Source: Tetramitus jugosus
Lineage: Eukaryota > Protista > Heterolobosea
NCBI GenBank assembly: GCA_937625935.1
Contig: OW569393.1
Coordinates: 264,997-328,996 of the forward strand
DNA length: 64,000 nt
Direction of reading: 5' to 3'
How positions within the stretch are numbered: the stretch's first letter is position 1; each line of letters starts with the position of its first letter. The position numbers and the translations under genes were made by a program. The notes beneath the pieces are model-generated. The model was not told the DNA's origin and did no database searches. It saw only the letters and a program-made list of their open reading frames with translations. Below, piece by piece: positions 22,374 to 34,439 of the stretch.

Positions 22374-23871
22374 TCAGGCATACTTTGCCCTGACTTGCTT
22401 CAATTCTCCTATTTTATCACTGGGCAGCTTTTGTTGCAACGAGTCAAACAAGCGTTCAATTCTTTGCTTTTCTTCATCGTTCAAAAACATGACCAACATG
22501 TCAAATCGTCCCACTCTTGTCAAATTGGACATGACTTGCAGTGCTCTTTCTGCCAACTCTTCCGTCCTTGTAAACACACTCTCCAGTGCCTCCACAATCG
22601 AATTCAAAATCTTTTCAGTCAATGATTCCTTGAAAAGCTTTCCAAAGCTATTCGGTGGTATCATCTGCAAATCCAAAAAAAAACAATACATTAAAATCAT
22701 CCAAACACCAATCAATACACACTCAACCACTCAAAAATTACAAAAAAAAATTACAAAAAAAACACACCTTCAAATACTCGTAAAAATCTTCTCTGTCCAG
22801 TTCGTTAAACGCCTTTTCAAACTCGTATGAATTATTGGGTGCATGCGATGGTATTTTGACCTTGATTTTTGGAATCGCACTTGTCGTCATCGATTTCTGT
22901 TGCTCCACTTTTGTCATTGATGATGATGGAGACGAAATCCTTGTCTGTGTTGCACCACTGTCCCGTTCACTCTTTACACTACTCGGTTCAGTTTTTACCT
23001 CTTTTTCTTCTCGTAACTTTGATTTCGATGATTCCAGTTTTGAAGCAAACGGAGTCACCAATTCTTCAATTACTTGATTTTCATCATCATCATTTTCATC
23101 GACTTCTTCATCATCGACTTCTTCAATCATCATTCTTCGTTTTGGTAAATTTTCTCCTTGTTGTTCATTCCATCGTTTCTTCACGAGTGCCAATTCACGA
23201 ACAGCTTCTTGATTTTTTGGATCGAGCTTGATTGCCATTTCAAAATCTTGAATCGATCCCTCCCAATTCTTCAATTCTTTTCGTGCAAATGCTCTTCTGG
23301 CATACGCTTTTGCATAAGAGTGATCCAATGCAATGGCTTTGGAAGAATCAAGCTCAGAAGATGAAAATTGATCGAGTTGAAAATGAGCAGCAGAACGATT
23401 ACAGTACACGATGGCATCTTGTTTGAATGAGAGACTTTTTGTATAGTATTCTAGTGCTTTTTCAAATTGTTTGTTTCGAAAAAAATGATTGCCTTGATTT
23501 TTGAGTGATAGTGCTTGGACTTCATTTGGTTCCTCCTCATTTTCTTTATTTTTGCTTGTTGTTGTTGTTGTTGTTGTTGTTGATGATGATTTATTGTTGT
23601 TGTTGTTGACTTGTTGTTCAATCAATGGTTTTTTAGTAAGAGTAGGTGATGAAGAAGTGGTGTTTCTAATGGGTGGAAGAGTACGATTACTAGTAGTAGT
23701 AGTTGTTGTTGATGATGATGATTGATCTTGTTGTTGTTGTGATGATGGTGGTGATGATTTTTGTTTGACCCAATTTTTGAGATCAGAAAGGTATTCGTTC
23801 ATTTCTTCTGCATTTTGTTTGATTTGTTGTTGTATTTGGAATACATTGTTTTGTTGTTGTTGTTGGGACAT
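22374..23871 (-). CDS. RPAP3: RPAP3/SPAG1-like R2TP co-chaperone (TPR clamp plus RPAP3_C); intron 22665-22767
   Basis: N-terminal LSDLKNW; KNQGNHFF...YCNRSAAH...KAYARRAFAR TPRs; PNNSYEFEKAF...RFDMLVMFL C-terminal domain after splicing. Confidence 0.85.
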
Positions 23872-24196
23872 TTTTTGTTGTGTTGTGTGTTGATGTTCTT
23901 GTCCAAATTTTGTTGTTGGTTCTGGGCGTTCGCGCTAGAGTCGGAATTTCGAGAGATCTCTGTAAAGAAAAATTAGGCGCCAAAGACTTTTCATGTGACA
24001 GATGACACTCCCGTTACTGGACAAAAGTGGATAGCTTTTCTTCCACCACCGGCTAAAAGCACTTTCGCCCATCCGAACAACAAACACAACACCGCACTGT
24101 TCACAAAATATCCAACAATTACAACAATAACCACGCACTGGGTCGATATCCGCCTCCAAACAAAACAAACAACAAATTGCAGTTGCCTATACAACC

Positions 24197-25576
24197 ATGT
24201 CTAACCCTACTAGTGACAAGAAATTGGCCAATGCGCCCACACAGGTCACAAAGGAACTCTTGGACGAAATGATCCTTTACAATTATGAAACATCGGAGAA
24301 AATAAGTGTCGGGCAATTGAGTCAACAACACAAAGTTCTATTGGTATTTTTGCGCCATTTCCAGTGCATCTACTGTCAAGCGACCATTTTGAAGATTGCG
24401 GCGCATCACCAAGTGCTTTTACAGCTCAACACGATCCCTGTGCTCATTCACCAGGAGTCCAAGGAGAATGCGGAAAAGTTTTTTGAGACCCACAAGGGTT
24501 TTGCGACTCATCAACCCATTGTATCACAAATGCTTCGCGTTCAAGATCCCAAGGGCAATGAAACCTATGGAAAGTTTGACTTGGGTTTAGCTTCGTTTCG
24601 AACGGGAGAGCTACCTCTACCTACACTCATCACAAGAGCTAGCATGCTACAAAGAACTCCCTACGGCATCTCCAATCAAGTCAATCCAAAGGACAGAAGA
24701 GCTGACAAGAATCAAATGCCTGGCTTGTTTCTCATTGAGAATGGACAAGTGAGCAACATGTACAAGTATAAGACGATAGCTGATAATCCACAGTTTCTCC
24801 AGTTGATTATCGATCCTGATGAAATTGGCTGCACCAATGACTCCTTCTGCGACATGTCCAGTCGCATCAACCGATTTGCTAGGCGAAGAGCTAAAGTAGA
24901 AGATTCAACTTCATCTGAAACTACTGTAGCTTCGACGGCCGTTGAAAACGGAAAAGCTCAGACGACAACGTCGCAGGAAATTGAGTTGGACACGACTCAA
25001 CAGAGCTCTGATGACAACCAACCAGTGATCAAAGAAAAGAAGATACTGGGTGATCCATGGAAGGGCATACCAGAAGGCAATGGATCCAACAACAACACAA
25101 ACAACCGTTCATTGTTTGGTTGTTTCTGTGGTGGTTCATCATCGTCAGCTGACAATGATTTTGTCATGACAGATGAATTACGTAAGCAGATTCAAATGCA
25201 AGACGTGTTGAATCATTTGAAAGCTTACAAGTACTTTAAATTATATTGCGCTTCGGAGTTTTCAGTTGAAAATTTGTTGTTGCTTGAAGCGGTCAACCAA
25301 TACAAGGCACAGTCAAATGAAGAACAACGAATGATACAATCGAAACAAATATTTGACACGTTTTTTACGAGTGGATGTCCAAATGAGATTAACACCACAC
25401 GAAGGCTCATTAATGAAACTCTGGAGAAGCGCGACAAATCTGGTCCAGTGCTTGACTTGTTTGACAAGATTATGAGCACTGTGGAATCGGAACAAATGTC
25501 AGACACCTTTCTCAGGTTCAAGAAAACGAGCGACTTTGAATTGGCTGCCAAATCAATCATCAAGAATAAAAAATGA
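24197..25576 (+). CDS. Peroxiredoxin-like (AhpC/TSA-2, PRXL2-type) domain fused to an RGS domain
   Basis: LLVFLRHFQCIYC...QMPGLFLI thioredoxin-like N-terminus; FKLYCASEFSVENLL...EINT...DTFLRFK RGS C-terminus. Confidence 0.85.
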   Translation: MSNPTSDKKLANAPTQVTKELLDEMILYNYETSEKISVGQLSQQHKVLLVFLRHFQCIYCQATILKIAAHHQVLLQLNTIPVLIHQESKENAEKFFETHKGFATHQPIVSQMLRVQDPKGNETYGKFDLGLASFRTGELPLPTLITRASMLQRTPYGISNQVNPKDRRADKNQMPGLFLIENGQVSNMYKYKTIADNPQFLQLIIDPDEIGCTNDSFCDMSSRINRFARRRAKVEDSTSSETTVASTAVENGKAQTTTSQEIELDTTQQSSDDNQPVIKEKKILGDPWKGIPEGNGSNNNTNNRSLFGCFCGGSSSSADNDFVMTDELRKQIQMQDVLNHLKAYKYFKLYCASEFSVENLLLLEAVNQYKAQSNEEQRMIQSKQIFDTFFTSGCPNEINTTRRLINETLEKRDKSGPVLDLFDKIMSTVESEQMSDTFLRFKKTSDFELAAKSIIKNKK

Positions 25577-26264
25577 ATGCGAGAGTGAGGCCTTTTTTGG
25601 AGATTCTGTGTTCGCTTGAGGGTGAACAATCAGCTGTAAAGTGGAAACCGATTCGCACTTTGACTGAAGAATTTCTGGCCAACTGCTGTCATGAAGCTCC
25701 TATTGATGGTTAATGACTATCAGAACATCTGAAGTGGACTCTTTAGAGGTGTTAGAAGCGATGTCAACCCCTAGAAAGAAATTTTACGCCTGACTTATGT
25801 AGGCTCGCAAGCCGATCTCGTTCTTATTTGACCTATCCAAATTGGTACTAGAATACTATTTAAGAGAATTTTGCTTTTTTCAATATTGACGCAACTATTT
25901 CGGTTTATTTCACGTCAGCTCTCTTCTTCTCTTTAAGGTTTCGTTCTTCCGTTCTCTATATCTGAGCCTGGAATAGCGCGGAAAAAGTAACATTTGACGG
26001 GCGTCAAAAAAGCGCGGGTCTCCTCTTTCATTCTTTCAGCCCAAAACGAGTTCATTGGTCCTTTTTATGGAATAATCGATAGAGTCAATTGACAGCGACC
26101 TCTTGCAACGTTGCTTGATAAGCGAGACCTTAGGACCTAAGGTGAAGGTCACACCTCCTTTTTCTGTGAAATCACAACAATAACCAACAACAACAAAACA
26201 ACAACAAACAGAATAACAACAAAATCAAAAGCTTTCACTTTCACCTATAAAAAAAACTCTCAAG

Positions 26265-29200
26265 ATGGTATCCACAGCTGCTGCTTATCGTACTGAAACT
26301 GCAGCTTCAAGTTCCACCAACAATAACAACAATGTGACTGCTGCCATTGTCAGAAAGCCATTTATTCAAGTAGTTCAAGAATGGGCCACTACCATTGAAC
26401 AAAAGCTAAAGTCAAAGATTTTTCAGAACACGACTCCAGAGCTACCAAAATTAGCTCTGTTGGAAGACGATCGAAAGTTTGAAGATTTGCTCGTTTTTAT
26501 GAACGAACAAGAAAACAAGAATGCGCAATTTTTGTTTGCCGCCAAAAATGGTAGCGACGCCGTGTCTCTACAGCTTTTTCAACACTTGATTGAAAGGCAC
26601 TGTGGGGAGCGCGAAAGTGGCGCCACGAATAGCAACAACACAGAGGACCACAATGGTGTCTTGGTGGAGAAACATGGTGGTGCTAGCAATAACCATCACG
26701 GAAAGCTAAAATTCCAATGGAACAAGATTGTTGACAAGGACAATGCCAACTGTACTTTGATGCACATTTGTGCACAGAGAAATAAGCCTCAGTGCATGGA
26801 TTTTTTGCTTTCTCACAAGGTTGCTATTGACTCGTTGGACTCCCTGTCTTCTACTCCTCTGCACTATGCCGTAGCTCAAAATTGTCAAGAATCAGTGGTC
26901 TTCTTGTTGTCAAAGGGTGCCAACATCAATGCAAAGGACTCTTATGCAAAGTTCCCTCTGTTGTTAGCTCTGAGACACAAGCATTATGCCATGGCTGAAT
27001 TGTTGGTTTCCTTTAGACCAGATGTTCATCTCAGAGGAGCCAAAGGTAACACTGTTCTTCACTTTATGGCTGAAGAAGGTGATATCACCGCTGTAAAGTT
27101 GCTCGTCGAGAAATTAAACGCATCTCCGCTTCGGAAAAATAACGAAGAGGAGAATGTGCTTTACAATGCGCTGCCTCACGTTGAGGTTGTTCAATACTTG
27201 GCGACTCATTTTGCTACTAGGGGATTGAGTCGTTTGATTTGCAACACGAACACCTCTGGAAAGAGCTTGATGCACAAGTGTGGTCTAGATGGTCATATCG
27301 ACAACTTGTTGCTACTGTTAAAGTATATGAACATTGGTGATTTGAGTCAGAATCAAATTGAAGCCTTACTCAACACACTGGACAAGAAGGGTGATACTCC
27401 ACTACTGTTAGCTGTCAAGAACTCTAGAAGAGAGTTGGTTAGGTTCCTCGTTGAGTGCACTGAAGTGGAGTTGAACGAAGGTGATGCCACCGGTTTCACT
27501 GCGCTTCAAAACGCGGTCAACATGTCAGACAAGGAAATGATCAACAGTATTTCAAAGGCAGGAGGCTCCCTCAAGCCAATCAATAGACATGAAGAAGCTT
27601 TCGATAACAATTATTGTATGAATTGTACGAGAAGCATGGGTACAATGCTCGTGTTTATGCTCTCATTCATATCCATTATTTGTATTATTAGTATGGCTGC
27701 TATTTCTCTCGGATTCTACGGCTCAAACATTAGGAGACAAACAAAGACGGCAAGAGATCAATCCTTCAAGCAAGTTCATGATTTTATCGATAGTAGCATA
27801 TCGCAACACACAGTGTCGTCATTGTCTGCCATTTCTGCCTTCCAAAGCAATCTCATTAACACGAATAATGACCTAAGTGGTGCACTTGAGTTTACATTGC
27901 TCATGACGAGATCCATTTACAATGATTCGGACTTTACGATCGATGCCTACTATGGAAACAATAAGGGAGATCAAGTCGGTGTTATTGCCTTTAATCCTAC
28001 TTCTCCAGTCGACGTCTTCCAATTGTTTGCCAATGAGTCAAGATTCCAACACAACTATCTTCCTAACATCTTTACAGGATCACTACAAGATGCACTGGCC
28101 ACCACACCAGAGTTCAACAATGCTTCAGAGTGGGATAAGTTTGGAATATTTTATCAAGCTGCCAATACTTCAAGAACTCCTTCTTGGACACTATCCTATG
28201 CTCAGTACTCTTTCCCTGGTGCTTTGTTCATGTCATTCATCACTCCAGTGTATGATCCAGTGACTAACGTCATGCAATCCTATTTGGGTAGTGATATCTC
28301 GACCGAAGCTTTGGCCTTTTACCTCGGAGCAAGCGCAAAAGAGTGGTCAAGTACAGTTGTTATCGTTGAGAGATCTACTGGTTTCCTCCTCAGTACAAGT
28401 GATCCTGACTTCCAGGTTTACACAAACGACGGTTCTGTGATTGAAAGAATGGACGGAACAACAGGAAGCAATGATTTGATTACAACAATGATGACTTACT
28501 CGCATAAGACATTTGGATCAAAGATGGAAAAAGTTAACAGCGGGGCCTATGGAACATTCAGATATCAGGGTAGAGTCATGCTTTTGAACATTGGTGAATT
28601 TAAGGATAACTATGGCTTGGATTGGTTAATTTTGCAAGCTGTACCAAGAGATCTCTTCTTCAAGGATTTTAAGATTGCAATCGGAACGATGGTTGGTTTG
28701 ACATTTGTCCTTTTGATTGCAGGTGTCGTTATTTCCATTGTAGCATCCATAATGTTCATGGCACCGCTAAAGCGATTGTCAGCTCTCGCTGAAACCATCA
28801 AGCTGCTAAGATTGGAAGAAGTCGAAAGAAAGTTGGTTAGCGATGTGTCATACTTCTCTGAAATTAGAAGTTTGCAGAGATCGTTCGGATCCATGTCTCT
28901 TCGATTGAAACAATTCAGACAATTCATTCCAGATCACATTCTTGCTGTCATTGAAACTGAAGTAGCTCACAAGGAAATTCTCAGAGTTGAAACGTTGTCT
29001 GCATCTATCAAGAAGGGTTCATCCAAGGAGTCCTCTTTGAAGAGGGGTGAAGTCGAGTTGAATACCATCTCTGACAGTGTCTCCGATACTCGTTTCTCGT
29101 CTCATTCTGCCAATTATCACTCCAAGGGTTTAATCGCTAATGCTTTGACTTCTGGTTTGGTGAGTGGAACTGTATCCGTGTTGACTCTAGAGTTTGATGA

Positions 29201-29942
29201 CTTGTCTGAGCTTTTGGAATCTTATTCAAGCACCGATGTCAATGATGCAATGAAGGACTTGCTGAATGCCGTCAAGGATCGCATCAAGGAATCCAACGCT
29301 CAGCTCGTGTCTCACACTCACTCTCAAGCAGTGATTGCTTGGAACACTTTAATCTCTCAACCAGATCACAGAACGAGAGCCACTAAAACCGCTGCCGGTT
29401 GCCAGAAGGCTGTCTTGGCTCTGCAAGAAGTTTGGAGAATGAAGGGACTTCCTTTGCTCGATGTTCAAATTGGATTGAGTTCTGGTCCATCATTCTACGG
29501 AAATATTGGATCTGATGCAACCAAGATCTTCACTGTCATTGGAAGATCAGCCTCATTGTCCAGTGCTACTTGCAAGTTGAACAAGTCATGGGGAACAAGA
29601 ATCATTTGTTCTCATGATATTTATCAAGCTGTCAAGGATTCATTCTTCCTTCGTCCTCTTGATACCATTGGTGATGATACCTTGATTTATGAATTGGGAG
29701 AAGCAAGAAACACTGATGAGTGGACCCAGGAGTTGTCACAAGAAGTTTCAAGAGAAACTGATCTCTGGTTCGATTACTCGAGGGCATACAAGTTCTATGA
29801 AAAGAGAGAATACGATCAGGCATATGAAATCTTTAGTGACTACTTGAGCAAACATCCATATGATGTTGTGGCTCAGAAGATGGTTGACCGATCAAGACGA
29901 ATGACAGAGAATCAATTTGATGATGAGAGCAGCAAGCAATAA
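26265..29942 (+). CDS. Ankyrin repeats, TM, Cache-like domain, TM, HAMP and a degenerate class III cyclase domain
   Basis: TPLHYA/TVLHFM/TPLLLA ankyrins; two TM segments; SEIRSLQRSF HAMP; cyclase fold (IGLSSGPSFYGNIGS) with substituted catalytic motifs. Confidence 0.85.
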   Translation: MVSTAAAYRTETAASSSTNNNNNVTAAIVRKPFIQVVQEWATTIEQKLKSKIFQNTTPELPKLALLEDDRKFEDLLVFMNEQENKNAQFLFAAKNGSDAVSLQLFQHLIERHCGERESGATNSNNTEDHNGVLVEKHGGASNNHHGKLKFQWNKIVDKDNANCTLMHICAQRNKPQCMDFLLSHKVAIDSLDSLSSTPLHYAVAQNCQESVVFLLSKGANINAKDSYAKFPLLLALRHKHYAMAELLVSFRPDVHLRGAKGNTVLHFMAEEGDITAVKLLVEKLNASPLRKNNEEENVLYNALPHVEVVQYLATHFATRGLSRLICNTNTSGKSLMHKCGLDGHIDNLLLLLKYMNIGDLSQNQIEALLNTLDKKGDTPLLLAVKNSRRELVRFLVECTEVELNEGDATGFTALQNAVNMSDKEMINSISKAGGSLKPINRHEEAFDNNYCMNCTRSMGTMLVFMLSFISIICIISMAAISLGFYGSNIRRQTKTARDQSFKQVHDFIDSSISQHTVSSLSAISAFQSNLINTNNDLSGALEFTLLMTRSIYNDSDFTIDAYYGNNKGDQVGVIAFNPTSPVDVFQLFANESRFQHNYLPNIFTGSLQDALATTPEFNNASEWDKFGIFYQAANTSRTPSWTLSYAQYSFPGALFMSFITPVYDPVTNVMQSYLGSDISTEALAFYLGASAKEWSSTVVIVERSTGFLLSTSDPDFQVYTNDGSVIERMDGTTGSNDLITTMMTYSHKTFGSKMEKVNSGAYGTFRYQGRVMLLNIGEFKDNYGLDWLILQAVPRDLFFKDFKIAIGTMVGLTFVLLIAGVVISIVASIMFMAPLKRLSALAETIKLLRLEEVERKLVSDVSYFSEIRSLQRSFGSMSLRLKQFRQFIPDHILAVIETEVAHKEILRVETLSASIKKGSSKESSLKRGEVELNTISDSVSDTRFSSHSANYHSKGLIANALTSGLVSGTVSVLTLEFDDLSELLESYSSTDVNDAMKDLLNAVKDRIKESNAQLVSHTHSQAVIAWNTLISQPDHRTRATKTAAGCQKAVLALQEVWRMKGLPLLDVQIGLSSGPSFYGNIGSDATKIFTVIGRSASLSSATCKLNKSWGTRIICSHDIYQAVKDSFFLRPLDTIGDDTLIYELGEARNTDEWTQELSQEVSRETDLWFDYSRAYKFYEKREYDQAYEIFSDYLSKHPYDVVAQKMVDRSRRMTENQFDDESSKQ

Positions 29943-30014
29943 TCAGAAATAAATGAGTAATCGATGCATTCATTGTTATTTAGTTCTTCAATTTAGTGAT
30001 TCCTTTTTGATGGG

Positions 30015-31911
30015 TCAATCGATTTGATACTTTGGCATCGGGAGTAGGTAAATCTCTTTTGCATTCAATCGGATGTTTACTTTAAGGTCCTGAAGCTCTT
30101 CTTGCACAAGGGAGGATTCTATCCAGAACAACGGTTTCTTCACCCTTGAACTGATCCTCAAATCATCACGATTCAACATCTGTTCCTTAACCTCTATATT
30201 CTCGATTATGGCCATTCTCATTTGTTCCACTGTGGTGGATGGCTTGATAGGATGGTGGTATCGACGAGGTTGGCTCAGTTTTCCATCTCTCGCACAAACG
30301 TAAAAAAGTAAGTCAACTTCACCACTGTCTTCGTCGTCAGATATCAGAATGGGAGCATTATCGACCTGATCGGTTGACTCCAGAACATCGGTTTGGTTGT
30401 CTTGGAACGAAAACTCATTGTGTGATAGATTCTCTATCTCTTGGTCAACAGATTGTTGCATGTTCTCGTTGATTTGATCCTTTAACTCATTCAATTGGTT
30501 CTTTGTCTGGGCACATGTAGGGTCTATCTCCAATAATTCCTCACACGCTTCGACTGCTTCATCGAGTTTCTTCAAAGTTGTGAATATGGTAATGAGAGAA
30601 CGATAAATGCTGACTTGTTCTTCGTTGTGTTCACCAGGAGAGCATAAATCAAGTGCCTTGTTCAAGAATTCAATAGCTTTCTCATTCTTGTTCATTGAGG
30701 ATTTAATCTTGGCCGCAAGCATGAAATCCTTGATAGAGTAATTCGTTTCATCTTCATCTACTGAAGAACTAATTGACTTATCCAAGTAAGTGTCGGCCTT
30801 TTCTAACTCTTCCTTACTGAAGAAAGTGGCCGCAAGGTTCCAATAGAGAGTTTCATTAAGGTCCTCATCATCAACAATATTCTCTGACCTTTTATCATAG
30901 GTTGTAAGAGCTTTAGAGCTGTTTCCACTCAGAAGGTAACAAAGAGTCAAAACCTTATTGGCTCTATAGTAGTACACTGTTCTCGGATGATCATCCTTGT
31001 GTCTTCCCTTGCCAATACCTTTCAAGTACAGTTGGGCTTCCTCGTAACGCTCCAATCTAAAGAGTGCATGACCCCTAGAAAATGAATCACGCGATTCACT
31101 TAAATAGGCCCACGCATTCTGATCCCCCTGAGTTTTACGGAGACATTCAGCCATGTTTTTTTCTACCTCACGATGTATTCTTTTGCTATCTTTAATGACC
31201 TTTCCATAGCAATGGATTGCTTTTCCATACTCTGAGAGCTCATAATAAACATCTCCTAACATCTTTTGAGCTTCAGAAAGGAAATCAACTCCGTATGAGA
31301 GAGTGTTTTGGAAGTACAGTGTCCCAAGCGAACCCAGAGTTAATTCGTCTGCAATGTACACACCCTCTGATTCATTGCTAAGAATTTCTTCCAGAATCTG
31401 TTTGGATTGTTCATACTTTGTCTCCCCAAGGTTCTTTCCCTCCACAAACATGTAGCAACAGGCGAGATGGTAAAGTGAACACCAATTCCTGCCTTTCTTT
31501 GGCTTCTGGATGCCTAAACGAGAAGCATTATGCTTCAATGACTGTTTAAAATTAGTTTTGGCTGTTTTATAATGATTGACATACTGTTCTTCATTATTTT
31601 CACAAGTTATCTTCATCAACTCTTCGTAACAAATGCCCATGTTATTGTAGATATCTTCTGTGTTCCAAGAGTTGGGCTTCTTGGATTTCTGCTCCTTTTC
31701 CAAACAGAGAGAAAAAGTTTTCGCAGCTTCCTGGTACTCCCGTCTTTTGAATAGGGAAAGACCCTTGTTGTACAATTGGAGAGCGCTTCTTTCTCTTGGA
31801 CTGGGAGAGGAAATTTGGCTACGAGGTCTCTACAAAAAGGCCGTCTTCGTGAGTACGTACTGAGTGACATCCTTAAAAAACATGGGTTACCTTCTGGGAT
31901 TTTGTGATCAT
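30015..31911 (-). CDS. TPR-repeat protein, paralog A; short first exon (31891-31911), intron 31830-31890
   Basis: Multiple TPRs; spliced MITKSQK|RPRSQ; similar throughout to 36854-38686, with an equivalent phase-0 intron near the start. Confidence 0.85.
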
Positions 31912-32049
31912 TACTTAGGTTCGTTAAATAGTCTATCTCAAATTTATGTTGTTGTTTGTTGCGAAAATGTGGATTGGGTTTTTGTAGATCGGAGTAAATG
32001 TTCGTTACCAGAATTCAATAAACCAACATTCTGTGAGAGGGAATTATGA

Positions 32050-33760
32050 CCCCTCAGTTCTTGCCAAGCTGTGAGATAAAATTCATGGAAGTAGAATGGC
32101 AGGCAACAAATTTAGAAAAAACTTGCGCTGTTCGATGTGCTGTGATACAATTTTGAGTTCAACTGAGTCTTCTATCTAGTGAGAGCTAGGACCACTCACG
32201 CTTAGATGGATCATTCAGTAAAACTCTGTCCAACAACAAACAAGCTACAAACAACATAAGATGGGAATAAGAAAGAGTACTGTTTACAATTGTTCATCCA
32301 ACAAGAATAGGAAAGTTAGGGACATACATGCCCCAGAAAAAGAAGCATCGCAACGATGGGTGCGGTCGGTGTGCTCACAATGGACACTAGTGTGCTACTG
32401 TACCTTTCAATGATACGAGTGCTCCAGTAATACACTAACATATAACTCATGACATACATGACAGTATACACCCCAAATCACTTGTTTTTACAATGTTGAC
32501 CAATACCGAACCAACATTGTGACCCAAATGTAAAGTGAGTTTGTAAATCACCCCATTTCTCAAGTGTCATCCCCGTGCCTGGGACAAAGTTCCAAGGGAG
32601 GAATAAAATGTTTGCCAGTAGTTGGTAAGTACTCTGCCAGAACAGTAAATGAAAACGATCAACTTGCATGTTCTGAGTGAACTTTTCTTGTCCAACATTG
32701 AGGAAGGCACCAGGTACCTTACCCAGGAAAAAAATCAGAGGGCAACCTGATTGGGCAATGTTCTTGGGATTCTTAGCCATGCAGGCAAAGCGTGAATAGA
32801 TGGAGGAGACGACATAGCATCCACCATAAACAAGCACGAATGCACACGAGCAGCTCACCAGAATAAAGTAGGGAACAACTGGACAGGCATCGGTCATCAA
32901 CTTGAAGAAGATAACCTGGATAACCTCAAGTGCAATAGTTGCAAGTATCAACAACGCAAATGGAAGTGCTTGGAGGATTGAATCTCTTCGTAGATAGTGC
33001 ATTAGGTAGTTAGTACTTTGGTTTTCGTTCTCTTATACTATCCTAAAATTTCGTTCATAAACGATGTGAGGACAATGCATACTGGGGGGTTTTGTTCCAT
33101 GTTAGAATTAGAGGAGATGTCACACACATATCATCTTGACAGATTAGGTGACCTCAGGTTTTGCCCATGCATGAACACTTTCGGGCCTTGGTTCGCGGAA
33201 AACAAGTGTACCATTAGTTACTCGGTATCAACGTGATTTGTGACTCTCAAGGTCATCTTCGAACAAGCAAGGTTCCTAGCAATGAACTGTGTATTTGCAA
33301 TCGAAAGTCTGGATATTTCAAAGGCATTAAGTCTTTCCAAAGAACAAGTCATGGATACTGTTCCAGCTGTTAACATACATAATTAATCGTAGATGGCCCT
33401 CTACAACAAAGGAATTACTTTTTGGTTATGTACTCCGAATGATCTGTTAGAAATTTTACTTGATGCCTTTACGGCAAGAAGTGATTTGGCTGAATTGAAT
33501 CAAAGTAATGTAACCCAGTTGAAAAGGTGAAAAACAACATGGAAAAACACATTTCAGAATGACTGCTTGATGGACTTGAGCTGACACGTAAATTCAATGT
33601 TGCTCTTGCATGTTTTGATAGTGCTTCAAAATGTCACTTCTCTGTTCAATAACTGGAGCAGCACTGGAACTTCAAAGTCAATGACACGTGCAACTACAGA
33701 TCGATTCTGGTTGCCACGACTCAAGACTGCGCCTTCATGCGCGGTACACTAGTGTTGGCA
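32050..33760 (+). pseudogene. Deleted relic of the dynamin-like GTPase/glycosyltransferase gene at 38919-42884
   Basis: Collinear matches: CEIKFMEVE~ECKFFEIE, ARFLAMNCVFAIE~SKFLAVNCIFAIE, LSKEQVMD~LSKQRVMD, TPND, AELNQ~AELDQ, TWKN~KWKN, HARYTSV~SHRYACV. Confidence 0.7.
32230..33002 (-). pseudogene. CRT-like (drug/metabolite transporter) fragment, internally deleted and interrupted
   Basis: VIFFKLM...PYFIL; QEKF...DRFHLLFWQSTYQLL..ILFLP; hydrophobic continuation (RYSSTLVSIVST) beyond the stop. Confidence 0.5.
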
Positions 33761-33776
33761 CTGCCCAAGCTTCGCG

Positions 33777-34300
33777 TTAAAAGCTCGAATGAGGAGGAAA
33801 CCCTGCATGATTAGTTGGGCTGACAAGAAGGCCACCTACTCTGCTCCGTTTCACTTGTATGTGACGGATGTAGTGATCAGAGGGGACATACTCTTGCAGA
33901 ATACTCTGAAGAGTGACCATGCAAGAATCTTTGCCCAGCATTGATCTCCTTTCCGAGTCTGCTACTTTCGTTGTCATCTCTTGTCAGGAACGACGGTGGG
34001 TCCATCAACATGACATACCCTTCAACAGTTACGTAACCCAACACACCAGTAGCCTCAGAGAGCACGACAAGCTATTGAACAATGGACAAACGGTGATCAT
34101 CACAGACGACCAACAAGCTCGAACTGAAATTGATCTTACCAACTCCACCTTCCCAGGCCATTTGGTTGACCACCCAGTCCTTCAGTTATTTGTTGCCGTT
34201 CACTCTGAATACATCCAGCAGCTCATTCAGTTCGCTTTTCTTGGTTGGGTTGGTGTGTTCATGCAAGACATTCAGCTGGTCCCTTTTCGTCGGAGTTGAG
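33777..34300 (-). pseudogene. Stop-interrupted coding remnant of unknown family
   Basis: One long frame with in-frame stops (...VNGNK*LKDWVVNQMAWEGG...VQ*LVVLSEATG...). Confidence 0.3.
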
Positions 34301-34439
34301 CAATTGGAAAGTTCATGTCACATTTATTAATAAAAAAGGTAAAGTTGTCTCAATGTGGAAGAGGTCCGTTATACCCTTAGTTAATGTGAATCCGATTTTA
34401 AACTTGTGAAACAGAAAACTCTGGACAACAGAACAACTG

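Noticed and set aside
25990-26145. Short palindromes (TTTGACG-GG-CGTCAAA; CCTTAGG-A-CCTAAGG) upstream of the ankyrin-cyclase gene
   Set aside because: Too short to assign a function without conservation data.
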